The notes beneath the pieces are model-generated. The model made no database searches and was not told the origin of the DNA. It was given only the letters and a program-made list of their open reading frames with translations. From the NCBI GenBank assembly GCA_977017575.1, contig CDRNVI010000144.1, forward strand, positions 374,510 through 438,509: a stretch of DNA of 64,000 bases, in the 5' to 3' direction. Source of the stretch: Paramoeba atlantica (taxonomy: Eukaryota > Protista > Discosea). Positions 49,569 through 61,590 of this stretch are shown here, piece after piece (the first letter of the stretch is position 1; every line of letters starts with the position of its first letter). The position numbers were made by a program, and so were the translations under genes.

Positions 49569-51812
49569 AATTGTAGTATGATGGCTTAGTTGATAAAACA
49601 GCTATTGCTTCAATTCAGGGTTGTAGGTTCAAATCCCAAAGAAGAAAATATTAAAACATTATTTTCTCTTCCTGCTCACTTGAATGTGAAAAACAAAACA
49701 GATTATTCTTTGCCCTGTTTACTAAAAAGCAGAGAATAAATTCCCTGAGAAGGAGTTTAAGTGAATTAAAGGTCTTTAGACCATTTGAACCTAAAGAAGT
49801 GAAATTCTATCCTTGTTATTTTTAACTTTAAAAAATTAGTGGCTTTGGGTTAGGTCATTACTTAATAAAGTCCAGTGTTAAAAAGAAAAAGAGGAATCAA
49901 CAATTCTTTGGCCATTGCTAGAATGAGAACTGAATGAAAAAGTTGAAAATTCATGTTTGTCTGAATTACTAAAAGAGGTAGTGTTTTTCTAGTTTTGCAG
50001 GTTGGTGATGTTCTTTTTCTAGATTGCTATTTTGGCTTGTGATCTAGGAACTTTATCAAAGACATCTTCAGAGGGAAGGACACTTTGGACACCAGTGGAG
50101 GAAGAAGGGAGAGGGACAATTGTGGCATGATGGCTTAGTTAGTAAAACAGCTATTGCTTCAATTCAGGGTTGCAGGTTCAAATCCCAAAGAGGAAAATAT
50201 TAAAAATATTATTTTCTTTTCCTGCTCACTTGAATGTGAAAAACAAAACAGATTATCCTCTGCCCTGTCTGCTAAAAAGCAGAGAATAAATTCCCTGAAA
50301 AGGAGTTTGAGTGAATTAAAGGTCTTTAGACCATTTGAACCTAAAGAGGTGAAACTCTATCCTAGTTATCTTTAATCTTAAAAAATTAGTAGCTTTGGGT
50401 TAGGCCATTACCTAATAAAGTCCAGTATTAAAAAGAAGAAGGGGGAGGGACACCAGTGGAGGAGGAGGAGGAAGGGACACCAGTGGAGGAAGATGGGAGA
50501 GGAACACCTCTAAAGTTTTTCACTTTGCCACTTTTTTTCTTTTTAACACTGGACTTTATTAAGTGATAGTCTAACCCAAAGCCACTAATTTTTTAAGGTT
50601 AAAGATAATGAAGATAGAATTTCACCTCTTTTTTTTCTTTTTAACACTAGACTTTATTAGGTGATAACTTAACCCAAAGCCACTAATTTTTTAAGGTTAA
50701 AAATAATGAGGATAGAGTTTCACCTCTTTAGGTTCAAATGGTCTAAAGACCTTTAATTCTTTTTTTTTTCTTTTTGAGGCAAACTTTATTCAATTAGTAG
50801 TTCTTAATTTAAGCTATTTGAATTACATTAAATTTAATTTGTTTTTAACCTCTAATGAGAGATGAAGTTTTAAACTTCAGCTTAGTTCAGTCAGTCTTTA
50901 TACTGAACTTTAGAACTTCTGCAAGTTCAGGCTGGAGGATGCACATCAGAAGGGAGAATAATTCAAAGCTCCTTATAAAGGAATTTATCCTCAACTTTTT
51001 AGCAGACAAGACTAAGATGTAATTTGTTTTGATTTTCACACTTCTCCAAGAGCTCCTCACTCCAATCAAATCACTCTACAGCACCAGAAAAATTTTCCAT
51101 AATATTGAAAAACTGGAATTTGAACTCACCCTCCCAGGGTTGGACATAGTTGAATTTATGACTAAACTACAGGCACCAACTCAAAGACCTTTAATTCACT
51201 TAAACTCCTTCTCAGGGAATTTATTCTCTGCTTTTTAGCAAATAGGGCAGAGAATAACCTGTTCTATTTTTCACATTCAAGTGAGCAAGAAGAAAAAATA
51301 ATATTTTTAATATTTTCCTCTTTGAAATTTGAACCTGCAACCCTGAATTGAAGCAATAGCTGTTTTACCAACTAAGCCATTATGCCACAATTCATTCTGT
51401 CACTTTTTTCTTTTTTCACAAGAATGGTTTTAGAAATTGTGTTCGATTTTTTAACTTTCAACATTTTATCTGTGTTGCCTTTCAATTTCTTTTTCTTTTT
51501 AACACTGGACTTTATTAGGTGATGGTTTAACCCAAAGCTACTAATTTTTTAAGGTTAAAAATAATGAGGATAGAGTTTCACCTTTTTAGGTTCAAATGGT
51601 CCAAAGACCTTTAATTCACTCAAACTCCTTCTCAGGGAATTTATTCTCTGCTTTTTAGCAAACAGGGCAGAGGATAATCTGTTCTATTTTTCACATTCAA
51701 GTGAGCAGGAAGAGAAAATAATGTTTTTAATATTTTCCTCTTTGGAATTTAAACCTGCAACCTTGAATTGAAGCAATAGCTGTTTTACCAACTAAGCCAT
51801 TATGCCACAATT
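49569..51812. mobile_element. Mirror SINE cluster: SINE-A at 49569-49890 (+), 50118-50436 (+), 50533-51392 (-), 51495-51812 (-); SINE-B at 50760-51182 (-)
   Basis: Reverse-complement copies of 31499-33742. Confidence 0.85.
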
Positions 51813-53453
51813 CAATTTCTTTTTGCTTTGCCTCACTTTTTCCCTATCTTTATTGATTATTTTCCCTGTTTCTTCAGCTAATAATTGTCTTGGTCTTTTC
51901 TTGAATTTAGCTGTGTTTGAAGCAATAAATTTAACCATTTCAATCAAAACTTGTTGAAGTTTTTCATTCAGTAATTTATATTTCCTGTTTTTGAGGTTTG
52001 TAACTGTTTTTTTGAGTTCTTTCATTTTCTGCTTCTACCTAAATTTGGTTGGAAGATCCCCCAGCCATGCCCAAGCTTCCTCACCCATACTGAAACTCAT
52101 TTCTTTGATCTTTCCTCCTTCCAAGGGGACTTTCACTGTGATTGATCCATCCCTCTTCCCCTCCTCCTTGTTTTCTTCCTCACTATCAACTTCTTTCCCT
52201 TTGATCATAATTATATCTTTGTCACCATCCTCTTCCCTTCTTTCCTGTTCATTCACTTCCCTCTTTTCTTGTTCATTCTTACCTTCCATTTCAGAGCTAT
52301 TGCTCATTCCTTCCTCCTTGCTCTCCATTCCAGCAATTTCAACTTTTTTCTTAGGGACCCATTCTTCAGTTGGCTTTTCTTTTTCATAAATAAATTTCAT
52401 TCTTTCATACTTCTTTGCATTTGTGATCATGATTTGGTCTTTCTTGAAACTAAAGCTTTGTTGCTCATCTTCAAAAAGCTTGCTAATAGCATCTTCACCT
52501 TGTTTCCAGATGATTTTTGTAGTGCAAGTAAGGCTCACAAGATGGTTTACTCCATATAAGGAGCACTCAACAAGGAGGTGGTATGGTTTGGTAAGCATTC
52601 AAATGGAACACTTGGCTTTAATCAAGGTGTTGATTTGGATGAATCCTTTGGTCTTGGCAATAAGGTGGACTAGAGAGAGGAGAATGGACTTATAGAAGAT
52701 GATGATGCAGTCATCAGAGACTTGTACCATTTCTTTAAAATTGAGAGAGGGAAGGTGGTCCTCTCCATTAAATAAATTGTAAATCCACTCATTCTCTGAG
52801 ACTTGGTAAGGGAGTTTGATCTTGATCCCCCACAAATGGGCATTATGATTGATTCTCCAAATACAAGAACTCTCAAGTTGGTTGATGATCAGGTTTCCTT
52901 TCTCTTCAATAATAGATTGAATCATTGTTAGAATATCAGTATTCTTGGTTTGAAGAATGTTTGACTTAATGGAGAACATCATTTGTGAATTCTATGATCA
53001 CGAGTTGTGCTATCCTGAAGCGCCTCATCTTCCTCTTTCAAATGGCGCTAGTCCCATCTGAATCTGACAACTACACACTGAGATATTGATCAATCATTGA
53101 ATTGTGCCTTCAAGAATACCTTTGCCCTATTTCAGACCCAATTTGATTGCATAGTTTATTCTCTATATTCTGATCTTTCAGCCCATGAATTTATTTGTGC
53201 TGACGTCATCTGTTGTTCCCTTCCTTAAACTTGTTGTGTCTTTGTGTCTCTTACGTGTGCTTTTATTTGTGTGTGTTTCTCTGTTTTTGCACTTGGTGTC
53301 ACATTGTTAAATATGTGCTTGAAACCTGTTCGTAAATAAACGTGTGAGAGACTTTGTTTTTTCTCACATTCCCGGCTCTCGCCATGGAATGAAGTTTGCA
53401 CCTTTCTTTTCTTTTCTCAGCAATCTTCTTTCACCAAACCCCGCCACTTGACA

Positions 53454-53466
53454 GATTAAGAGTCTA
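53454..53466 (+). promoter_or_regulatory. Primer-binding site complementary to the tRNA-Lys(CUU) anticodon arm
   Basis: GATTAAGAGTCTA directly follows the LTR CA. Its reverse complement TAGA-CTCTTAA-TC matches the conserved tRNA-Lys(CUU) loop. Confidence 0.75.
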
Positions 53467-53784
53467 GGCTCTCTGCTTGATCTTGTCATTAGTAGAACTT
53501 CAGTGTTTTACACCTTTCTTTGTTTTATTTTTTTGTTTTATTTTTGTTTTATTTTCTGTTTTTTTGTTTTTCGTTTTTGTTTTTGTTTTCGCTCATTCGC
53601 ACCCATTCTCTCATTTGTTCAACAACTTCACTCGATTTCTTTTTATTGTTCTTGCTCTCTTGTTCCTTTTGCCTGTCTTTCTGTTTGTTTTAATCGTGTG
53701 TTTTCACGATTCTGTGTGGTTTTCTTGGTTTTTCTCGCTCGTTTCCTCCTGTCGCTGTTTCTCGCTTTTCTCTCTCGCTCTTTT

Positions 53785-56700
53785 ATGTTCGCCACATCCT
53801 CAACTATGGAAGATGATTATAGAGTAGTAGATTGGCCAGAGTTTGAACCAAAGAACAAGACATGGAAGGGTGCACTCGAGATTAATGAACTCAAAGGTGA
53901 ATCCACCATTGAATTCATGCTCTGGCGAAAAGAGACACTCATTCGACTCAGCACCCAAAATCTCATTCATCATCTATTCCTTGACAAAGTTCCTACAGGT
54001 GAACCTGTTCTAATTAAGTTTGAGGAGGAGCTGGAGAAGATTACAGAAAAAATGGAAGAAGCTGAGAAGAAAAGATTCTTGGCAGAAAGAAAGGAGTTGG
54101 AGGCAAGACACAAAGAGAAATTGGAGTACAAGCAGCAAATCAACCAAAGACATTTTGATGACCATATGGACAATCAAATGAATCTTACAAACTTACTGAA
54201 TAAGGCTTGTGTTGGTCAAGCAAAGGAGTATCTTAGCGATTTGAAGAGAAGAACACCAAAAATTATTTGGGACACATTGATCTTAAATCTGAGTACCGTG
54301 ATTGTTCACAACGTTAAAGAAGTGAAAAGTAAGTTAGAGGATTGTTGTATCGGAGAAAATGAGATGATCTCTAGTTTTGAGTTGAGACTGAAGGAGTTAT
54401 TTCTTCACGTTGAAGCGTTGAAAGGGAAACCGATACCAATGAACAAGAAATTGGGTTACATTCGAGATTCCATGCTGCAACAACGTTGGGAAACCTTTCG
54501 AGGATTGCTTAGAGTGGGAGAGTGGACAGTGGAGAGTGCTTTCTTGGAGTTAAAAGAAATCAAAGGTAGTCACTCCAGCGCCAACAAGAAGAAACAAGCC
54601 TTGAAGACCAAGGAGAACGCCGCTGCTTATGTTGCTTTTCGGAAGAAGAATAACCCTGCTGCCAATCCTAATCAACTAGGAAATGTTGCCCCTCCTCGCC
54701 AAGGAAGACAAGGAAATGGCCCTCCTCGCCGTAGTCCTCTAATTCCTTCTCCTCAAACGTGCAACCAGTTTCGAAATTACCCTGGATGGGAAGATCCACC
54801 CACCCCTCCAGCTAAAGCCTGTTTTCGTTGTGGTGCCACCAGTCACATTGTGAAAGGTTGCAACACAAACCCAGCAAACCAAAGTGCTGTGGGACAACAA
54901 GCCAAGGTGAATTTCGACGCTTTCGTTCAAAAGATCAATGCTTGGAAGATAAAAATGAATAAAATCAATATTCCTGTTTACTCTTGTTGCGTTTCTGCTC
55001 TCGTTTCTTCTTCTCAATCTTCGATTCAATCTGCTTTTGTTGCAAAACAATCAAATGGAGCAACTGCTCTTGCTGATTCAGCTTGTTCAAACACAATTGT
55101 GAATGATCCAAATCTCACAACAAGAAACACTCCACCCGCAATGTCCATAAGCATCAAGCAAGCGAATGGCAATCTGATTCCTGTTACAATGCAAGGTGAC
55201 TTGGCAATTCATCCTGATTTGCCACCTCTTCAAGACATCTCTGTAGTCCCCAATTGTGAAATGAATCTTCTCTCTGTGGCTCACATGTGTGAAACTTGGG
55301 ATGCTTCTGTTGTTTTGGATTCTGACCAAATTCGTGTGACAAAAAAGAAGATCAATTTGAGCAATTCCCAGACGATTTTGAGTGGTCCACAGAACAATGG
55401 CTTGTATTATTTGGCTTTACCCAGTCGAACCAACCATCAACAATCTTATATTGCTGAAGAAGTTACTCACCCAAAAAATGAAACCCCTGAGGATGCTCCT
55501 TCATCTCAACCTCTCCGCAAGAAAAGAATCTGTAGAACCCTCTGTCCTACCTGTGAAAAAGAATGGAAATATTGGCATAATAGATTGTGTCATTTTTCTG
55601 GTTTAAAAAGGACTATTAATGCTCGTGTGGTTGATGGTTTGCCCCTGCAATATCACAGATTGAGAATGGATCAAAATGTTTGTACTGCTTGTGAGTTGGC
55701 CAAAGTGAAAAGGAAGAGTCATACCCCTGGTACGAGAACAAAACAAAAACTCGGTGAAATGTTGCACATTGACAACCACGAGAAAAATATACTTTCTTAT
55801 CAGAAGAACAAATACTCTCTCTCAGTTGTTGAAGACTACTCCAAGATGGATTTATCTGAATTCCTCAAGAAAAAGAGTGATGCTGGCGAAGTGCTGATCA
55901 ACCTGATTGCAAAGCTTCAAAGACAATTAGATGTGAAGGTCAAAATCATTCAATGCGACAGTGCTTGGGAATTTGTCAGTCCTGCAACGAAAATTGGACA
56001 ATATTGCACTGAAAAAGGAATTCATATCAGATTTTCTAGTAGAGATGATTCTGCTGAAAATGGTGTTGCTGAACGTGCAAATGAGACTCGATGGAACACT
56101 GCTCAAGCGATTTGAATCCATGCTGGATTGCCTGAACAATTTTGGGATTATGCTGAAAAACTTGCAAGTGTTGTAAGCTCCTACATTGTGAAAGAAGGTG
56201 AAGAGATTTCCCCCTTCCAGAAGCTGTATGGTCGCAAACCCAATATTGAGTTGATTCGCCCTTTTGGTTGTCATGCTTTTGCGCACATTCCCCGAAAGAA
56301 CAGAACCAAACTGATGCCTAAAGCGCGCCCTGCGATCTATCTTGGCCCCTCAGAAAAAATTAATGGTTATATTTTGTATGACCCTGTAAAGAAAACTATT
56401 TTTGAAAGTTCAAGTGTGGTATTTGATGAATATGTTTTTGGTGTTTTGAACCTGTTGAAGCGTATTGATAGAGGGAATATCCCACACTATTTTGACACTT
56501 ATTTGAATGAAAAATTCATTGATTTTTCGAAATTATCAGACTGTGACGACATTCTGAGTACGAACACAAATCCCGTGGATTGTGTACATGAGAATCCTGA
56601 CAATTCTGCCAAAATTGTAATTGATGATGATTACCCTGTTGATGTTGAAAGGGAGAACGAAATAGGCCATTCCACTCCTGCTCCTGTAAACTTACATTCA

Positions 56701-59007
56701 AAACATACTCCTTTGAATGAGAAAACCCACAGTACGGATGTGTACAGTGATGATGATGATGATGAGATGGTGCTTCTCAGTATGCCTCCTCCCGATTTTA
56801 CTCAGAGCAATGGTTCTTACACACCTCCATCTTCCTCTTGCTCCTCTTGCTCCTCTTCTAGTTCCTCTTCTTCTCCAATTGTTGATCCTGCTCAAGCTGC
56901 TGCAGCCCCTGATTCTGAAATTCTCCCTCAAATTTCAGAATTAAATATGAAGGATGAAGAAAGTGAAGGAACTGATTATGACTCTGCTGATGAAAATGAA
57001 CCTGAATTGCCGATTGACCTTGATAATTTTGAAATGTTCGATTACCCACCAGATGATCATGATCCTGACCCTTATGACCCTGCAGACCAATCTGCATCTC
57101 CTTACTCTTCCTCTACATACAACTCTGAAACTGATTCTGAAGTTGATTTCAATCTTGTTACTCAATCTCAACCTGATGATGAAATTAACATCTCTGAACC
57201 AAATGAATCTGATGATGCAGCTGAAGAAGTAAGACACTCTGCTTGCTTCCAAGACCCTGACTACCAACATAGTGCCATTGGAAAAGCGTTCAGTGCCCTG
57301 AAAATACCTTGGAATACGTTTGGTGAACCTGGCCGTGGTTACAAAGATCTTGATTTCCTTGACTATGCCTTCCATGCTGACCAAGTTGTTAATGACAAAG
57401 TTACCCCCCGATCCTACAAGCAAGCCGCTCGTTCAAATGAAAAAGAAGAATGGAAACAAGCCTGCAAAAGAGAATATGATGCTCATATTGAAAATAAAAC
57501 TTGGGAATTGGTGCCTCCTCCCCTGAAGTTCCCCAAGGATGGAAAGAAACACATTATTATGCAAGGCCTGTGGCGATTTCGAATTAAGACTGAAAATGGT
57601 GTAATATCCAAGTTCAAAGCTCGATTTTGTGCAAACGGTTCTCATGTAAAACATAGTCTTGTGAAAGATCCCAATTTTGACCAAGAAGATAATTATGCTG
57701 GAACTGCAACCACTGAATCTCTCAATTTGACATTTGCTATTGCTGCTATGTTTGACCTCGATGTGAATTCTGGAGATGTCCCAAGTGCCTATATCCAAGC
57801 TGACATTCCTGATGGCGATATTGTTTATTATGTCACTCAACCCGAAGGTTTCGAAGATCCTGAACATCCCGAATATCTCTGTCGATTGAACAAAGCTCTC
57901 TATGGTGTGCCAATTGCTGGACAATGTTGGAATCTGACTTTTCGAAAATTTCTTATTGAAGAGCTGCAATTCCATTGTCTGACTGCTGATCCCAATCTCT
58001 ACATTCGTGTTGAACCTGATGGAAACTTCTGTTTATTCCCAACTGTTGTTGATGATAATTTGGATGTTTGTACTTGTCCAAAGCTCCGTGAAGAGATTTA
58101 CTCCAAACTGATTGAAAGATTCAAGTGGAAGCCTAGTGGAAAATGCTCCTGGTTCCTTGGTTGTGGTGTGAAACAAAATCACAAAGAAATTTCTCTCAAT
58201 CAGTGTGCCTTCCTCAACAATTTATTGGAGAGTTTTGACTGCCACAAAATAAGAAAGAGTGATACTCCTGCTGTGAGTAAAGTTCTGCCTATGCCTAAGC
58301 CTGACGAACCCCCGACTGATTTTCCCTATGCTAGTCTTGTTGGTTCTCTAATTTGGTTGACGAAAACTCGTCCTGATATTTCATATGCTGTTTCCCAATG
58401 CTCTTGCTTCTTGAACACCTACACTAAAGATCATGACAAAGCTGCTCTACGAATTCTCGGTTATCTTGCCAAATATCCTGATTATGAATTGGTGTTTCCC
58501 AAATCCAAATCTGAGACTAAAGAACTTGTGATTTCCGCCCAAGCTGACTCAAGCCATCAAGATGTTACAGAAGACAGATCCTCATCTTATGGTTTTGCTA
58601 TTTTTGCAAATGGTTCTCCCATATCCTGGCGTTCCAAGAAATCTCCTCAAGTTTGTTGGTCCAGTTGTGAATCTGAATACCATGCCCTTGCTGAAGCATC
58701 CTGTGAATTGAAATTTGTTGATAACATTCTCTCTGAGTTGTGCATCCCGTACAAAAGACCTTTCTTGCTCCAATCCAATTCTGAACCTGCGATGGCTATT
58801 GCAAAGATTCCCCGTGTAAACCAAAGAACTAAGCAAATTGAAGCCTTTGATCATTACACAAGAAAAGCATTGCAAGATGGCTTGATTGAGTTGGATTATG
58901 TGCCCACTAAAGATAACCTTGCCAATATTTTTACAAAACCCCTTGGACCCAATGTGTTTACACCTCACCGGAATAATCTTATTCGTCCCTGTTGCTCTGC
59001 GAATTAA
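53785..59007 (+). CDS. gag-pol: Copia Gag-Pol polyprotein with one in-frame TGA (56113-56115)
   Basis: Same protein as the left copy. The two ORF-track entries are in one frame (AQAI*IHAGLPEQFWDYA). Confidence 0.93.
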
Positions 59008-60136
59008 CTTCATGATGAAAGGGAGTGTTAGAATATCAGTATTCTTGGTTTGAAGAATGTTTGACTTAATGGAGAACATCATTTGTGAATTCTATGATCA
59101 CGAGTTGTGCTATCCTGAAGCGTCTCATCTTCCTCTTTCGAATGGCGCTAGTTCCATCTGAATCTGACAACTACACACTGAGATATTGATCAATCATTGA
59201 ATTGTGCCTTCAAGAATACCTTTGCCCTATTTCAGACCCAATTTGATTGCATAGTTTATTCTCCATATTCTGATCTTTCAGCCCATGAATTTATTTGTGC
59301 TGATGTCATCTGTTGTTCCCTTCCTTAAACTTGTTGTGTCTTTGTGTCTCTTACGTGTGCTTTTATTTGTGTGTGTTTCTCTGTTTTTGCACTTGGTGTC
59401 ACATTGTTAAATATGTGCTTGAAACCTGTTTGTAAATAAATGCGTGAGAGACTTTGTTTTTTCTCACGTTCCCAGCTCTCGCCATGGAATGAAGTTTGCA
59501 CCTTTCTTTTCTTTTCTCAGCAATCTTCTTCCACCAAACCCCGCCACTTGACAATCATGAAGACATCCTCCTCTTTGTGGGCAAGGATAGCATAGTGTTT
59601 GACCCTTGCCTCCACTCTAATACTTCCCTTGAGGTTGGTTTGGCTTTCAATAGCTCTCAGGAAGTTGGAGAAGATAGAGATCTCATTGGGGAAGGCAAAA
59701 GCTCCTACTGGGAAGAGGGGGTATACCCTGGCTCCTTTGATGAGAGTCAGGTTAAGTTTGGTAGCAAGGCAAGTGGACAGGGAGGCATTCTTAATATCAA
59801 TCATTTCCCAAAGCTTGGCAATTGTTTGGTTCATACCTGGGACTGCTTTTTTCAGGAATAATGGTGTTGAATTAGCATTTCCTCCAGCAACTCTGTTGAA
59901 AGACAGGTTAGAGCTTTTGGAGAACATAATTGGATAGAGTAAGTTGAGAGCTATCAGCAGATATGCTCAGCTCCCTGTGGGGTGGTCTTCTACCACAGCA
60001 AACTTGAGAAAGGGAAGATAACAGCAAAAAAGAACCCTCAAATGATTCCTAAGGGTTTTTTTTTTAAGTCTACTGTATGATTTTCAAAGTCTTTATATCA
60101 ATCATCTCCCAAAGCTTAGCAATCATTTGGTTTATA

Positions 60137-60806
60137 TGTTGGAGTGAGACCTGCTTCCAACACAGAAGTTGTGCCTTTCAGTGCCTTTTCAGTGTTTTTA
60201 GAATCTTCCCTGAGCTTCCCCAGGCTTCCTTGAGCCTCCTTGAGCCTTCCCTGAGCTTCCTTGATGCCTTTTATCATGAGTTTTAGTCCTTTCAGAGAGC
60301 TCTAAGCCTCACAGACAGCCATGTGCCATTTTATTATAATTTTAGCTAAAATCATGAGATTTTTTGTACTCTTTTTATTCAATTTTCATGTTTGTATTTT
60401 GCCCCCTTTTTCTTGCTGCTTTGCTGCTTTCTGCCTTCTTTCTGCTTTCTTGTTACTCTCTCTCTTTCTTTCTGCTTTCCTTTGTGATTTTTTGGCTTGC
60501 TTTGCTTGCTTTTTGTTTTCTTCTTTTGTTATTATCATCTTTTGTTGCTTTCTTCCTTCTTTGGTTGCTGTGTTGACTTGGGATTCTGATTTAAGTTGAG
60601 TTTCAGCAATTCTGTGCTTTTCTCAGTTGTGATTCCTTTTGTTGTTCTTCTTTTTGCTTTTTTGTTTCTTTGTTGTTGTTTTCTTGTTCTGTTAGTGTTG
60701 GCTGGGGATCCTTCTTATAAAGGTTTTAATTCAAAGTTTCTGTTTCTCTTTCTTTTCTCTTGTTTTCTCTGTTGATTCTGCTCCCCTCCTCACATCTATC
60801 CTCACA
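60137..60806. mobile_element. Solo-LTR-like repeat (mirror of 22505-23174)
   Basis: TG..CA termini, near-TSD TATA/CATA. Confidence 0.7.
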
Positions 60807-61590
60807 CATACCTGGAACTGTTTTTTTCAGGAATAATGGTGTTGAATTAGTGTTTCCTCCAGCAATTCTGCTGAAGGACAAGTTAGAGCTTTTGGAGGAC
60901 ATAATTGGATAGAGTAAGTTGAGAGCTATCAGCAGATATGCTCAACTTCCTGTGGGGTGGTTTTCTACCACAGCAAACTTGAGAAAGGGAAGATAATAGC
61001 AAAAAAGAACCCTCAGATAACTTCTAAGGGTTTTTTTTTTTTTTTAGTTTCCTTTCTCTTCAATAATAGATTGGATCATGAAGCTATCTTCCTCCTTGTG
61101 GGTAAGGATGGCATAGTGTTTGGTTCTTGCCTCCACTCTAATACTTCTCTTGAGGTTGGTTTGACTTTCAATAGCTCTCAGGAAGTTGGGGAAGGTAGGA
61201 ATCTCATTGGGGAAGGCAAAAGCTTCTACTGGGGAGAGGGGGCATACTCTGGCTCCTTTAATGAGAGACAAGTTGAGTTTGGTAGCAAGGTGAGTGGAAA
61301 AGGAGGCATTCTTAATATCAATCATCTCCCAAAGCTTAGCAATCATTTGGTTCATATCTGAGACTGCTTTTTTCAAAAATAGTAGTATTGAATTAGCATT
61401 TCCTCCAGCAACTCTGTTGAAAAACAAATTAAAGCTTTTGGAAGATATAATTGGATAGAGTAAGTTGAGAACTATCAGCAGATATGCTCAGCTCCCTGTG
61501 GGGTGGTCTTCTACCACAGCAAACTTGAAAAAGAGAAGATATCAGCAAAAAAGAACCCTCAGATGATTTCTAAGGGTTTTTTTTTTAGAA

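Larger units (their letters stand above)
52926..59553 (+). mobile_element. Complete Ty1/copia LTR retrotransposon, 6628 bp (right-arm copy)
   Basis: LTRs 52926-53453 and 59026-59553, TSD ATCAT (52921-52925, 59554-59558), PPT GAAAGGGAG 59017-59025. Confidence 0.97.
46905..60065 (-). mobile_element. L1-like LINE (mirror partner of 23246-35930), with copia and SINE insertions
   Basis: Inverted homology to the left LINE. Ends inside RT at ~46905. Confidence 0.85.

Noticed and set aside
53503-53784. F-rich N-terminal extension of Gag given by the ORF track
   Set aside because: It is a T-rich 5' leader opened from a non-ATG codon. The first plausible ATGs are at 53785 and 53806.
53785-59007. Alternative genetic code (UGA or UAR reassigned)
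   Set aside because: The 1740-codon ORF has one TGA and no internal TAA/TAG. Trp is encoded by TGG, and stops in the relics fit C>T decay.
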